From contig KV454012.1 of the NCBI GenBank assembly GCA_001661245.1, positions 1,538,418-1,602,417 of the forward strand: a DNA stretch of 64,000 nt, read 5' to 3'. Below, in pieces: positions 44,022-54,320 of the stretch. This DNA is from Pachysolen tannophilus NRRL Y-2460 (Eukaryota). Position 1 is the first letter of the stretch. The number at the start of each line of letters is the position of its first letter. The translations under genes were made by a program, and so were the position numbers. A model generated the notes under the pieces. That model was not told where the DNA came from and made no database searches. It was given only the letters and a program-made list of their open reading frames with translations.

Positions 44022-45035
44022 ATGTCAACTATTCCGGAATTTCAAAAAGCAGTTTTATTTCACGAACCAGGTGGACTCGATAAACTCAAGTATGAAGAAA
44101 TTCCAGTTCCTAAAGATTTAGCAGATGAAGAAGTTTTAATTGCTAATAAATATGTTGGAGTTAACTTATTTGATTCACTTCTTAGATCAATGGAACAATT
44201 GCCTTCTTGGTACCCACTGACTTACCCAATTATTCCAGGGTTTGAAGGCTCTGGTATAGTTGTCAAGGTTGGTAAAAATGTTACCAAATTGAAAAATGGT
44301 GATAAAGTTGTTTATGCGGGAAGCAGTACTTTTACGCAGTATACTAAGGTTAACGCTAACAGCGTTCTTAAATTGTCAAACGATCTGAAGGATGAAAAGC
44401 TTCTGAAATATACTGCACTAGTCAGTGGTGGTTTAACTTCTTTATGCTTGACCAATGAAGCTTATGAACTTAAGAAGGAAGATTACGTGTTGTTGTATGG
44501 TGTTGGAGGTGGTGTTGGATTGGTATTGACTCAATTACTGAGCAAAAAAGGAGCACATGTAATTGCAGTTGCTTCATCAGATGAAAAATTAGCTCTGGCA
44601 AAGCATTATGGAGCTGAATTTCTTATCAATCATAAGAAGGAAGATATTTTGAAAAGAGTTAAAGAAATAACCGATAATAAAGGTGTTCAAGTGGTTTACG
44701 ATAGTGTTGGGAAAGAAGTGAGCGATATCTCATTTGAATCGTTGGCCGTTAAAGGTACGTGGGTTATATTTGGTTTTGCATCTGGGCCTACTCCACCTGT
44801 TAATCCGCTTCTCTTGTTCCAAAAAAATCTGAAACTTGTTAGTTGTACCTTATACAACACTCTTACTTCTCCTTCTGCATGGGAACATTACTATGATGAA
44901 TTCTCACATGTTGTTGAGAAAGATGGTCTTGAAGTTCCTATTGAGATTTTTCCTATAGAAGAATATTCAACAGCAATTGCTAAATTGGAGGGTAAAAAAG
45001 TTGTTGGGAAATTGCTATTAGAGATTTCTTCATAA
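44022..45035 (+). CDS. Zeta-crystallin/NADPH:quinone oxidoreductase (MDR family), ZTA1-like copy 1
   Basis: NKYVGVN, PGFEGSGIVV, GGGVG, GAHVIAVASSDEKL, VYDSVGK, FGFASG, GKLLL. Confidence 0.9.
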   Translation: MSTIPEFQKAVLFHEPGGLDKLKYEEIPVPKDLADEEVLIANKYVGVNLFDSLLRSMEQLPSWYPLTYPIIPGFEGSGIVVKVGKNVTKLKNGDKVVYAGSSTFTQYTKVNANSVLKLSNDLKDEKLLKYTALVSGGLTSLCLTNEAYELKKEDYVLLYGVGGGVGLVLTQLLSKKGAHVIAVASSDEKLALAKHYGAEFLINHKKEDILKRVKEITDNKGVQVVYDSVGKEVSDISFESLAVKGTWVIFGFASGPTPPVNPLLLFQKNLKLVSCTLYNTLTSPSAWEHYYDEFSHVVEKDGLEVPIEIFPIEEYSTAIAKLEGKKVVGKLLLEISS

Positions 45036-45531
45036 TTCAAGTAAAATATATAATTTATTGCTGAATTGAGATTGCCACAACGTTTTAGTGTTTTTAATTA
45101 AATATATTAAATTCAATTTCGATTTTAAACGAAACCGAATATCTTATCGTTCTTTATTAATAATGATTAATAATTGAACTATCATGTAAACTCCGAAGAA
45201 TTATTCTTTGTAACGTATTTTTACTACAAGGTTAAAAGGGCATTGAAAGTAATCTTTGAATGTTTCAAGAAATTGAGTTTGAAAGGATCTAAACCATTCT
45301 TGTAACTCGGTGTTAATGAAAAAATGGACCACACAAGAGCGGACCAGGTTTAGAAAATTAATGTCGATGCCTCTGCTCAAAAAATTACAGCTTATCTCCG
45401 TTATTAGAGAAGTTGAACAATCAGCATGATCGTGATTACTAATAATAGTTCATCTATAAATATGTGGACATCGATGCTCTGTACAATGAAAAGTAGACAT
45501 ACCAGATATTGATATTAATCTATCATTGACA

Positions 45532-46533
45532 ATGACCAATATTCCAGAAACTCAAAAAGTTATCTTGTATCATGAACAAGGTGATCTTGATAATCTAAAA
45601 TATGTGGAAAATTACGAGGTTCCTGAAATTATAGAAGATAATGATGTATTAATCGCCAATAAATATGCTGGTGTTGGATTCGTTGACTCGCTTATAAGAG
45701 GTTCAGAAGGGTTTCCTCCTTGGTATCCAAAAAAATTTCCAATTATTCCTGGACTTGAAGCTTCAGGTATTGTTGTCAAGGTTGGTAAAGGTGTGAAAAA
45801 TGTTAAACCTGGTGACAAAGTTGTTTACACTGGATTTTACACTTTTGCTCAATTTACGAAAACTCCAGCTTCAATTGTTTTCAAATTACCTGATGACACT
45901 TCTGATGAAAAACTCATAATATACACTTCATTAATCGTGAATGGTATAACGGTTTTAGGTCTAATCAATGAGTCCTACAACGTTCAAAAAGGTGATTATG
46001 TATTGTTATATGCAGCAGGTGGTGGATGCGGCTTAATTTTCAGCAAATTATTAAGTCAAAGAGGTGCTCATGTTATAGCAGTTGCATCTACCGATGAGAA
46101 ATTGGCTTCAGCAAAGGAAAATGGTGCAGAATTTTTGATCAACCATAAGAAGGAAGATGTTTTGAAAAGAGTTTTAGAGATAACAGATAATAAAGGTGTT
46201 CAAGTGGTTTATGACAGTATTGGGAAGGCCAATGTTGATATTTCCTTTGGATCTTTAGCTAAGAATGGTTCTTGGATTATTTTCGGATTTGCATCAGGTG
46301 TTCCAGAATTTAATTTACGTCTGTTGGTACCAAAAAATGCAAAAATTGTTGGTGCCTCCATGTTTAATTTCGACTATCAAAGACATGGTTCTCAATTACA
46401 AGATTTAGTTGAAAATCAAGGTTTTAAGATTCCATATGAAATTTTCCCTCTACAGGATTATAAGAAAGCAGCTGCAAAGATGGAATCAAGAGAAGTGGTT
46501 GGTAAATTGATATTGAAGATTCCCCCTTCTTAG
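45532..46533 (+). CDS. Zeta-crystallin/NADPH:quinone oxidoreductase, ZTA1-like copy 2
   Basis: ATG at 45532; colinear tandem paralog of 44022-45035. Confidence 0.9.
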   Translation: MTNIPETQKVILYHEQGDLDNLKYVENYEVPEIIEDNDVLIANKYAGVGFVDSLIRGSEGFPPWYPKKFPIIPGLEASGIVVKVGKGVKNVKPGDKVVYTGFYTFAQFTKTPASIVFKLPDDTSDEKLIIYTSLIVNGITVLGLINESYNVQKGDYVLLYAAGGGCGLIFSKLLSQRGAHVIAVASTDEKLASAKENGAEFLINHKKEDVLKRVLEITDNKGVQVVYDSIGKANVDISFGSLAKNGSWIIFGFASGVPEFNLRLLVPKNAKIVGASMFNFDYQRHGSQLQDLVENQGFKIPYEIFPLQDYKKAAAKMESREVVGKLILKIPPS

Positions 46534-46820
46534 ATTCTTACTGGTTTAATGCACATTTTGTCTAAGATTAATGCGCAAAAAGTCTTTACAGATCCTAAAT
46601 TGAATTATATCTTTTCCTTTTTTTTTTTTTTCTTAACAACTGACAGAAATAACCCATACTCATACTTCTATTGTATACACCAAATGATTAAAAAAACAAT
46701 GAAAACAACTACTAGATAACTAAACTAAACTAAACTAAACTGATTGTGAATGACCTTTTCCTCTATAAATAAATAAATCAAGAATATATATATAATAATA
46801 ATAATAATAAAGTACACTTT

Positions 46821-48332
46821 TTAAGGATTTAAAAAACTCTCTAAGTAACTATTGCTAGCGGTGTAAGAAAATCCTTCAAATAGTTTGGCTTGAACATTAG
46901 TAAGTCCATCTTGCTGTTTTGATTTACTGTTGTTGTTAGAAGTTATTGGAATTCCTTTACTTTCATTATACTCTTCCTCTTCTTCAACATCTTGTACACC
47001 AACGGCGCTGAATTTCATTTCCGTAAATTGAGGATCAAAGTTTTCAGCTAAAGCTGGATCAGTAATCACAGGAACTATCGGTGGAACCAAATCATCTGAT
47101 TGAGATTTTATCTTTTCCCAATCAATATGTCTAAAGAAACGGTGTTCTTGAAATTTTTTAAAATCTTGATCAACTTTAAATCTCTTATTTGTATTCTTAT
47201 TTATCAATTTATTTAATAAATCTTTTGCTTCTTGTGTAAAATAAAAAGGGTACTTGATTTTTTCAGTTAAAATTTTGTTCATGACGATCTTATGATTATT
47301 CCCAGTAAACGGTGGTTTACCACTTAACATATCGAAAATAACGCAACCAAGAGACCACCAGTCAACCTCGTAGCTATAATTTTCACCTCTCAAAACTTCT
47401 GGTGCCATATATTCTGGAGTTCCAATAATACTATTACAAACATCTTCATCTCCATTATCTGAAGATTGTTGCTTAGATAATCCGAAATCTGTGAGAACCA
47501 AATGACCTCTTGCATTCAACAAACAATTTTCAGGTTTCAAATCTCTGTAAACTATACCAAGTTTATGTAAATGAATTAGGGCCAAAGCCATTTCACCAGA
47601 ATAAAAACTGGTTATCTTATCATTTAAAAATTTTTGATTAGATAAATGCATAAATAATTCTCCTCCTGGAACGTAATCTAATATTAAATATATTTTAAAA
47701 GGATCATGTAAAGCATAAAATAGCTTCACTATGTTTGGATGATGAGTTATCTGACTTAAAATCTTCTTTTCTGCAATAGTTCTCTCTCCATGTCTACTAA
47801 CAACAATAGAAGCTTTTTTCATTTGTTTTTGAGCAAATAATCTACCTGTATTCTTATGCCTAACTAATAATACTTTCCCATAAGCTCCTTGCCCCAAAAC
47901 TTTGATGGGCTCAAAATCTTCAATCACTGGTTTATAATTATTATCAGGCGAAATACAGTCATCAGCAATTGCTCCACTTGTATTATCTGTTTTCTCCACC
48001 ATATTATTATTATTAGTATTATTATTATTATCACTATCATCCATGTAATTCTGGAAACCTATCTCAATGCTAGAAGGTGAAAACCCACTTATCACCGTCG
48101 TTGCCAACGAAGATCTTCTCCTAACCCTTATACTGTTCGGTGCTGGAGGTGGTGGCATTAAAAAAGACCCATTCTGATTAAAAGATGATGGAATTCGAAG
48201 TGAATTTAAAGAAGAAGATAACTCATTTGCTGACGTAGAAAATGTATCAACGTTAACCGATTTAGCTCCAGAGCTTCCAGCAGTCACCGGCAATACCACA
48301 GAGTCCTCATCAAACTTGAATAGTTCCGACAT
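46821..48332 (-). CDS. YPK3: AGC kinase Ypk3/Psk1 (S6 kinase-like)
   Basis: RRRSS motif, DFEPIKVLGQGAYGKVLLV, HPNIVKLFYA, GHLVLTDFGLSK, PVITDPALAENF, hydrophobic motif FEGFSYTAS. Confidence 0.88.
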   Translation of the reverse strand: MSELFKFDEDSVVLPVTAGSSGAKSVNVDTFSTSANELSSSLNSLRIPSSFNQNGSFLMPPPPAPNSIRVRRRSSLATTVISGFSPSSIEIGFQNYMDDSDNNNNTNNNNMVEKTDNTSGAIADDCISPDNNYKPVIEDFEPIKVLGQGAYGKVLLVRHKNTGRLFAQKQMKKASIVVSRHGERTIAEKKILSQITHHPNIVKLFYALHDPFKIYLILDYVPGGELFMHLSNQKFLNDKITSFYSGEMALALIHLHKLGIVYRDLKPENCLLNARGHLVLTDFGLSKQQSSDNGDEDVCNSIIGTPEYMAPEVLRGENYSYEVDWWSLGCVIFDMLSGKPPFTGNNHKIVMNKILTEKIKYPFYFTQEAKDLLNKLINKNTNKRFKVDQDFKKFQEHRFFRHIDWEKIKSQSDDLVPPIVPVITDPALAENFDPQFTEMKFSAVGVQDVEEEEEYNESKGIPITSNNNSKSKQQDGLTNVQAKLFEGFSYTASNSYLESFLNP

Positions 48333-48520
48333 TTGCTCTTGTCAGGTCTCACCTTTGTATAACACGTTTCTTCTGTTTTCATTTATTATAGAAAATTTTT
48401 TTATTTATTTTTTTTTAATTTTTTTATTTTATTTTTTTTAATTTTTTTTTTGAGTATTTTTTAAAACATAATCTGTTAAATGTTAATATTGATATTGATC
48501 TATATGGCTTTCAGGGTATA

Positions 48521-50614
48521 ATGTCATCATCATCTAACATTCCGAGGCATATCTATGAGAATTTGAAAGTATCGCCTTCGATGCCAGACTTGGTGGCCAG
48601 TAGGGGAAATTATGATAAGAAGAAAAATGGTTTTAACTTGGACAATTTGAGTAAAGAGCAATTTCAGTTTACTTCAAAAAATGGATCAAGCAATATGATG
48701 CTCTCAGATGATGATAATAGTAGTAGTATATCTAATAATGGTTTACGCGTTCCAGTGATTAATGATACCATTGACAGAGGACATTCTCCTGATGGTTCAA
48801 TTGGGAGTATATTGGAATGTTATGCTTCAAATCAGATTTCGAATCAGATTTCAAATCATATTAACAAGAACAATATCGACGTAGTTGAAAATAATAAGAC
48901 TTTAGATGGAGAAGAACAAATAAACAATTTTGAAGAAGATCAAGATAAATTTGATTTAAATACCCCCATTTATGATTCAAGAAATAATAGCACTGTTTCA
49001 GAAATTACTCGCAATAGTAATAATAATAGCTCTATTGTTAGCAAACCACACTCGTTACTGTCAATAAGATCATCTCGTAACTCTGCAGATATCGTTAGAA
49101 ACAATATAGAGGCAAATTTGAAAAAGACAACAAAGGATTTATCCTCCGCTAGTACACACCAGCATAGTAGTCTTCGCTACAACAACAGCAATAGCAATAA
49201 TAATAATAACAATAACAATAACGTCACGAAAAATAATATAAAAGATCCTATTTTGCTCGGTGACAGAGATCGATATGGATTCAAAAAAAATTCAAATTTT
49301 ATATCTGCCAATGATTACAATGAATGGTGGGTAGATTACTCGAAGTATTTAATCAGAAGAAAGAAAAAATGGGAGTTAATGATGAATAAAAATGGATTTC
49401 ATACAGAAAAGAACAAGCCACCAACCAGATTCCCTCCGAAATCAGATGAATTAAAAAGATTTGTTAGAAAAGGAATTCCTGCAGAGTGGAGAGGAAATGC
49501 TTGGTTTTATTTTGCTAAAGGTTTCGATAAATTAAAAGATAATGTTGGTGTTTACGATAAATTGTGTGAAGAATCGATAGGTTTGAATAACGAAAATTCT
49601 GAAGCAATTGAAAAAGATTTGAATAGGACCTTCCCCGATAACATTCATTTTAATGATCATTATGGCACACCAGGTATAGAATCACCTTTGATCGAATCTT
49701 TAAGAAGAGTTTTGTTATGTTTTTCAGTTTATAAACCTAAAATTGGGTATTGTCAATCATTAAATTTTATAGCAGGATTATTATTAATATTCATGGATGA
49801 GGAAAAATCTTTTTGGATGTTAGTCATTATCACAGAGAAGTACTTACCTGGAATTCATGATTTTACGTTGGAAGGAGTTAATATTCATCAAGGAGTATTA
49901 TTGTTATGCATCAAAGAATACTTACCAAATGTCTGGCCAATTATTTCCCCTAGTTATAGTCATGGTCTGAACAAGCACAATAATGAATTTTTAATAAGGT
50001 TGCCTCCATTATCATTGTGTACCACAAGTTGGTTCATGAGTGTATTTATTGGAGTGTTGCCAATTGAAACTACATTGAGAATATGGGATTGTTTATTTTA
50101 TGAAGATTCAAAGACATTATTTAGAGTTAGCTTGACCATTTTCAAATTACTCGAGCCACAATTATTATCATTTACTGAAACCCATAAAAATCATGTCAAT
50201 GGAAGAGTTAAAAATAGAAATAGGCATTACGGTGGCAATGACGATGAAGATGATCATGATTTGATGAACGTTGAGATATTTCAAATTATTCAAAATTTCC
50301 CAAAAAGACTAATAGATTCAAATTCATTAATGGAATCATGCTTCAAAAAAAGAAATAATGGATTCAATAATTTATCCCAAACAGAAATTAACAGTTGCAA
50401 GAAATTTGTTAGAGAGAAAAGAGAAAAATTCCACGAATTAGAAAAAAAAAGTGGGTCGAACGCTACTGATAATATCTTGACTCAGAAAGAGAGGAAAAAA
50501 TTAATTTCCGAATCTTTACAAGTTTATGGAGACAAGAAAGTTGGGTTAAGAGGATTAACATGGAATGGGAAATTAAATAGTAAGATGAAAAAAATGCAAC
50601 ATAAATTGAAATAA
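48521..50614 (+). CDS. MSB3: TBC-domain Rab GAP, Msb3/Msb4 (Gyp3) family
   Basis: DRYGFKK, RFPPKSDELKRFVRKGIPAEWRGNAW, IEKDLNRTFP, GYCQSLNFIAG, LPIETTLRIWD. Confidence 0.85.
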   Translation: MSSSSNIPRHIYENLKVSPSMPDLVASRGNYDKKKNGFNLDNLSKEQFQFTSKNGSSNMMLSDDDNSSSISNNGLRVPVINDTIDRGHSPDGSIGSILECYASNQISNQISNHINKNNIDVVENNKTLDGEEQINNFEEDQDKFDLNTPIYDSRNNSTVSEITRNSNNNSSIVSKPHSLLSIRSSRNSADIVRNNIEANLKKTTKDLSSASTHQHSSLRYNNSNSNNNNNNNNNVTKNNIKDPILLGDRDRYGFKKNSNFISANDYNEWWVDYSKYLIRRKKKWELMMNKNGFHTEKNKPPTRFPPKSDELKRFVRKGIPAEWRGNAWFYFAKGFDKLKDNVGVYDKLCEESIGLNNENSEAIEKDLNRTFPDNIHFNDHYGTPGIESPLIESLRRVLLCFSVYKPKIGYCQSLNFIAGLLLIFMDEEKSFWMLVIITEKYLPGIHDFTLEGVNIHQGVLLLCIKEYLPNVWPIISPSYSHGLNKHNNEFLIRLPPLSLCTTSWFMSVFIGVLPIETTLRIWDCLFYEDSKTLFRVSLTIFKLLEPQLLSFTETHKNHVNGRVKNRNRHYGGNDDEDDHDLMNVEIFQIIQNFPKRLIDSNSLMESCFKKRNNGFNNLSQTEINSCKKFVREKREKFHELEKKSGSNATDNILTQKERKKLISESLQVYGDKKVGLRGLTWNGKLNSKMKKMQHKLK

Positions 50615-51356
50615 TTGAATTTTTTTTTTTTTTTTTCGTCTGTTAGATCTATTCAACCCTTAATTTTTTGCATATTTACATTTTTCCCAATGGATTCTTC
50701 AGCCTTTTGAAAATTTTTAAATTTTTATTTTATTTTTATTCTACTTTTTCTAGTTCGTTTGGGTTTATACATTTCACTGGTTTGAATGCTTTTAGTTATA
50801 TATTTTTGTTTTGAAAATGGAATCTTTATAGTCCTTTTTAGTATTTCTGTTGTCTTGTGTCACATTTAGATGATATATGCAGTTATATGCTTGTTGGTGC
50901 ATATAACTGCATTTATAGTACATGAACATGCATTTATGTTTACAACTTACATTACACAAAGTAGAAAAATGAAATAAAATACACAAAAGAAGTGATTGAA
51001 AGGTTATTACAATTGACCTATGATATAGGTTTTGTACTCTCCGTAAATTTTTTCGTTAACCTAGAGTGATTATATGATGCTTACAATTTAAACTTTGTTT
51101 TCTTCACTTAGATTTTGGGTTTGACCGTAAGATATTAAGAAACACAGTTAGAACTGAACGATGATCCATCAGTTGTTCTTTAAATCTTGATTTCCAAAGA
51201 ACTCAGTAATTTTTATTCTTTTTTTTTCTATTTATTTTCCTAAGCTAGTCAAAATTATATCCATATATGAAAGTTAGGACATAAGGCTTTAGATACTAAA
51301 GTTTAGCAAGAGAGGTTTTTCTTTCTTTTTTTCTTTTTTTTTACTTTATTTAAATA

Positions 51357-53768
51357 ATGATGACTTCGTTAATTAACAATCATTCTAATTTGAATTCGAC
51401 CCTTGGAGATTATGAGGAAACTTCACAAATGATGAGCTCTGCAATAGAAATCAGAAGTAATAAAGGTAATATCAACTTGGCTAAGCAATCAATGAAAATA
51501 AATAGTGGTACCTCTTTTATTTCAGAAAAGAAACACATTGATCAGTGGGGTACAGCGAGCGAGAATTTAGATGAAATTGAGGATGAAGACGAAAGAGAAG
51601 GGCATGTGAAAAGAAAGAGGTCGGATGATATTGTTAAAGACAAGGCTTTTATTAAAATGCTTGAAGAATATCGTGTTGTTCCCGAGACTGAATTTACAAA
51701 ACAGAAACTTGTTCCACATTCATCACTGGCTGAAGAACAAATTGAAACCAATTATGTTTCACAAGCAAACAATAATAAAGCAAGCGGTGTTATTGAAGAC
51801 AAAGAAACAGAAATAATTTATTCTGGAACTTCAATACAACTGCCTAGCTCCAGTACACAAACAATTAACTCTGCAGTAAATTACCAAGAATTTAAAAAAT
51901 TTAGAAATGCTATCCAATATTGTTTATGCATTTCTATCACAGGGTTTCTTTTCGGATACGATATAGGAACAATTGGTGGATTAGTCAATTTACCTTCATT
52001 TAAACAAAAGTTTGGTGACGATAGAACTATTGAGTCATTACCAAGTTTTAAAAGAAACACATTAGGAATTATAATTGGTAGTTTTAGTATTAGTGCAGCT
52101 TTTGGAGGATTATTTCTTTCTAGCTTTGCAGACAAGATTGGAAGAAGATTTGTTTTAATTATTGCAATGATATTATATATCTTGGGTGATTTTGTCATTA
52201 GTTTAAGTTCGCAATGGTATTTTGTATTGATTGGTCGTTTCTTGAACGGTTCCGGTATTGGTTGTTCTTCTTCAGTTTCCCCAATGTTTATTAGTGAATT
52301 AGCTCCTGCTAAATTAAGAGGTACTTTAGTTTCAGCTTTACAGTTTTTAACAACTTTAGGAATCTTGACGGGATCATTTGTTATATTTTTCTGTAAGAAC
52401 TTGCAAGGAACAAATCAATTTTTAGTTCCTTTATACATTGGATTTGGTCTGGGTATATTTTCAATTGGTTTACTTTTAACAGTTTTGGAATCTCCAGTTT
52501 ATTTAGTCAAATCAAATAATTTGGAAGATGCTAGGTGTGCGATAGCATATTTGAATCATATCACTTTAGATCATTGGTATGTTGAGCATTGCATGACTGA
52601 AATTAAGTCAAGGTTTCGGGAAAAAATTGAAGATTTGCAAAATACATACCAGCAGCAAAAGGGTCATAGCATTAAAGCAAAAGGTTATTCTTATCATGAA
52701 GATAACTTACTCCCTTACGCAATTTGTGGGATTATATTAATGTCACTTCAACAATTTACAGGAATCAATTATTTTTTCTTTTACGGTACATCAATCTTTG
52801 GTAGTGCCGGTATAGATGATCCATATCTTACATCAATTATATTAGCTGCAGTTAATTTTATTTTTTCTACAATTGCTCTTTTATTAGTTGACAAATTTAA
52901 GAGAAGATTTCTATTATTTTTGGGTAGTCTGATTATGTTTTCATGTATGATAAGTTTCTCTAGTATTGGAACATTTGCATTGAGCAAATCTTCTGGTGAA
53001 CAAAATTCTTTTCCTGGTATAGTTATGATTATATTCACATGCATATTCATTGCAGCTTTCACTTTGAGTTGGGGTCCTTTATCATATGTGGTTGTCAGTG
53101 AAGTTTTTCCATCAAAATTTCAAAGTAAAGGTACTTCAATTTCAACAACTGCAAATTGGGTTTCTAATTTCTTAGTTTCCTTCTGTACTCCATTTATTAC
53201 GGAGAAAATTGGTTTTAGTTATGGGTATGCATTTGCATTTTCATTATGCTTGAGTATGTTATTTGTATGGTTTTACATTCCAGAAACTAAATTGAAGAGA
53301 ACGAATGCATCACAAAATGTGATGGATCAAGCAGAAGAAGCTGAAATAGTTTCTGATGAATTTTTTGAAATGAGACATATTCCAATTGATAATAACGAAA
53401 TAGAAATTAATCCTCGAGAACGTCGTGAAATAATTGAAATACATGAAATAAATGAAACTAGTGAAACTAGTGAAATAAATGAAACAAGCGAAAAATCTAG
53501 TGGAAATATAGATAACCTCAATATAAACAAGAATAACAATAACTACCAACCAGATCATCGTACAATTACAACAACTTCTCCAGGTTCAGTATTATACACC
53601 TTACCAACACCACCATTGGGTGAAAATGGCAATGTCAACCCGGTTAAAATTGCAAGAAATGCAAAAGCAACAGAAGGTATCGGCATACAAGAAGTAAAAT
53701 TACAAGAAGCAAAAGATGTAGACAAAAATGAAGGTAGCAAAGACATTAACTTTAACCCATTCGACTAA
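51357..53768 (+). CDS. Sugar porter (hexose transporter, HXT14-like) with long N- and C-terminal extensions
   Basis: GFLFGYDIG, DKIGRR, PMFISELAP..LRG, LESP, QQFTGINYFFFYG, SWGP, SEVFP, PETK. Confidence 0.88.
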   Translation: MMTSLINNHSNLNSTLGDYEETSQMMSSAIEIRSNKGNINLAKQSMKINSGTSFISEKKHIDQWGTASENLDEIEDEDEREGHVKRKRSDDIVKDKAFIKMLEEYRVVPETEFTKQKLVPHSSLAEEQIETNYVSQANNNKASGVIEDKETEIIYSGTSIQLPSSSTQTINSAVNYQEFKKFRNAIQYCLCISITGFLFGYDIGTIGGLVNLPSFKQKFGDDRTIESLPSFKRNTLGIIIGSFSISAAFGGLFLSSFADKIGRRFVLIIAMILYILGDFVISLSSQWYFVLIGRFLNGSGIGCSSSVSPMFISELAPAKLRGTLVSALQFLTTLGILTGSFVIFFCKNLQGTNQFLVPLYIGFGLGIFSIGLLLTVLESPVYLVKSNNLEDARCAIAYLNHITLDHWYVEHCMTEIKSRFREKIEDLQNTYQQQKGHSIKAKGYSYHEDNLLPYAICGIILMSLQQFTGINYFFFYGTSIFGSAGIDDPYLTSIILAAVNFIFSTIALLLVDKFKRRFLLFLGSLIMFSCMISFSSIGTFALSKSSGEQNSFPGIVMIIFTCIFIAAFTLSWGPLSYVVVSEVFPSKFQSKGTSISTTANWVSNFLVSFCTPFITEKIGFSYGYAFAFSLCLSMLFVWFYIPETKLKRTNASQNVMDQAEEAEIVSDEFFEMRHIPIDNNEIEINPRERREIIEIHEINETSETSEINETSEKSSGNIDNLNINKNNNNYQPDHRTITTTSPGSVLYTLPTPPLGENGNVNPVKIARNAKATEGIGIQEVKLQEAKDVDKNEGSKDINFNPFD

Positions 53769-53931
53769 AGGCTAATAAATTATAAAATGAGTAATTAAAA
53801 ATAGATGAATTATCTTTAGAAATTAATAGTCCAAGTAATTTTGTACCATATACCCATCTATCTATCTTTTAGTTATATATATATATATATATATAAAACT
53901 CATTCTTTTTCCTTGTCAACTTTTCACCTTT

Positions 53932-53941
53932 ATTTCACATG
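53932..53941 (-). promoter_or_regulatory. Consensus UAS-INO (CATGTGAAAT) upstream of CDS1
   Basis: ATTTCACATG at 53932-53941; CDS1 is an Ino2/Ino4 target in S. cerevisiae. Confidence 0.65.
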
Positions 53942-54320
53942 TTAAAATGTGTAAAAATTTTTTTTTTTTAATTTTTTGCTGCTTTTCTTTTTTTTCTTTT
54001 TTCCCTTTATTATTAAGACTATTTTTAATCAACTAAACATTTTTATTTATTTTTTTTTTGTTCTTTTTGCTTTCTAGCGCCATCTCGGATTAGATTCATC
54101 AATCAATTGATTAAGTGATCTTTGATCTTTATATTTCTAGAAATTTTTTGTTTTTCATTTTTCTTAATAATTTCTTTTCCATTAGGAGTATTAATTGATT
54201 GTTGAAATTTCATTCACTTTGCAGTTTTCATTCTTTCAAAAGCAAACATATATATCATTTAATTATTTTTTTTATTTTTTTTTTCTTTTTTTGTTATTTA
54301 TTATTATTAAAGTCTAAGAG

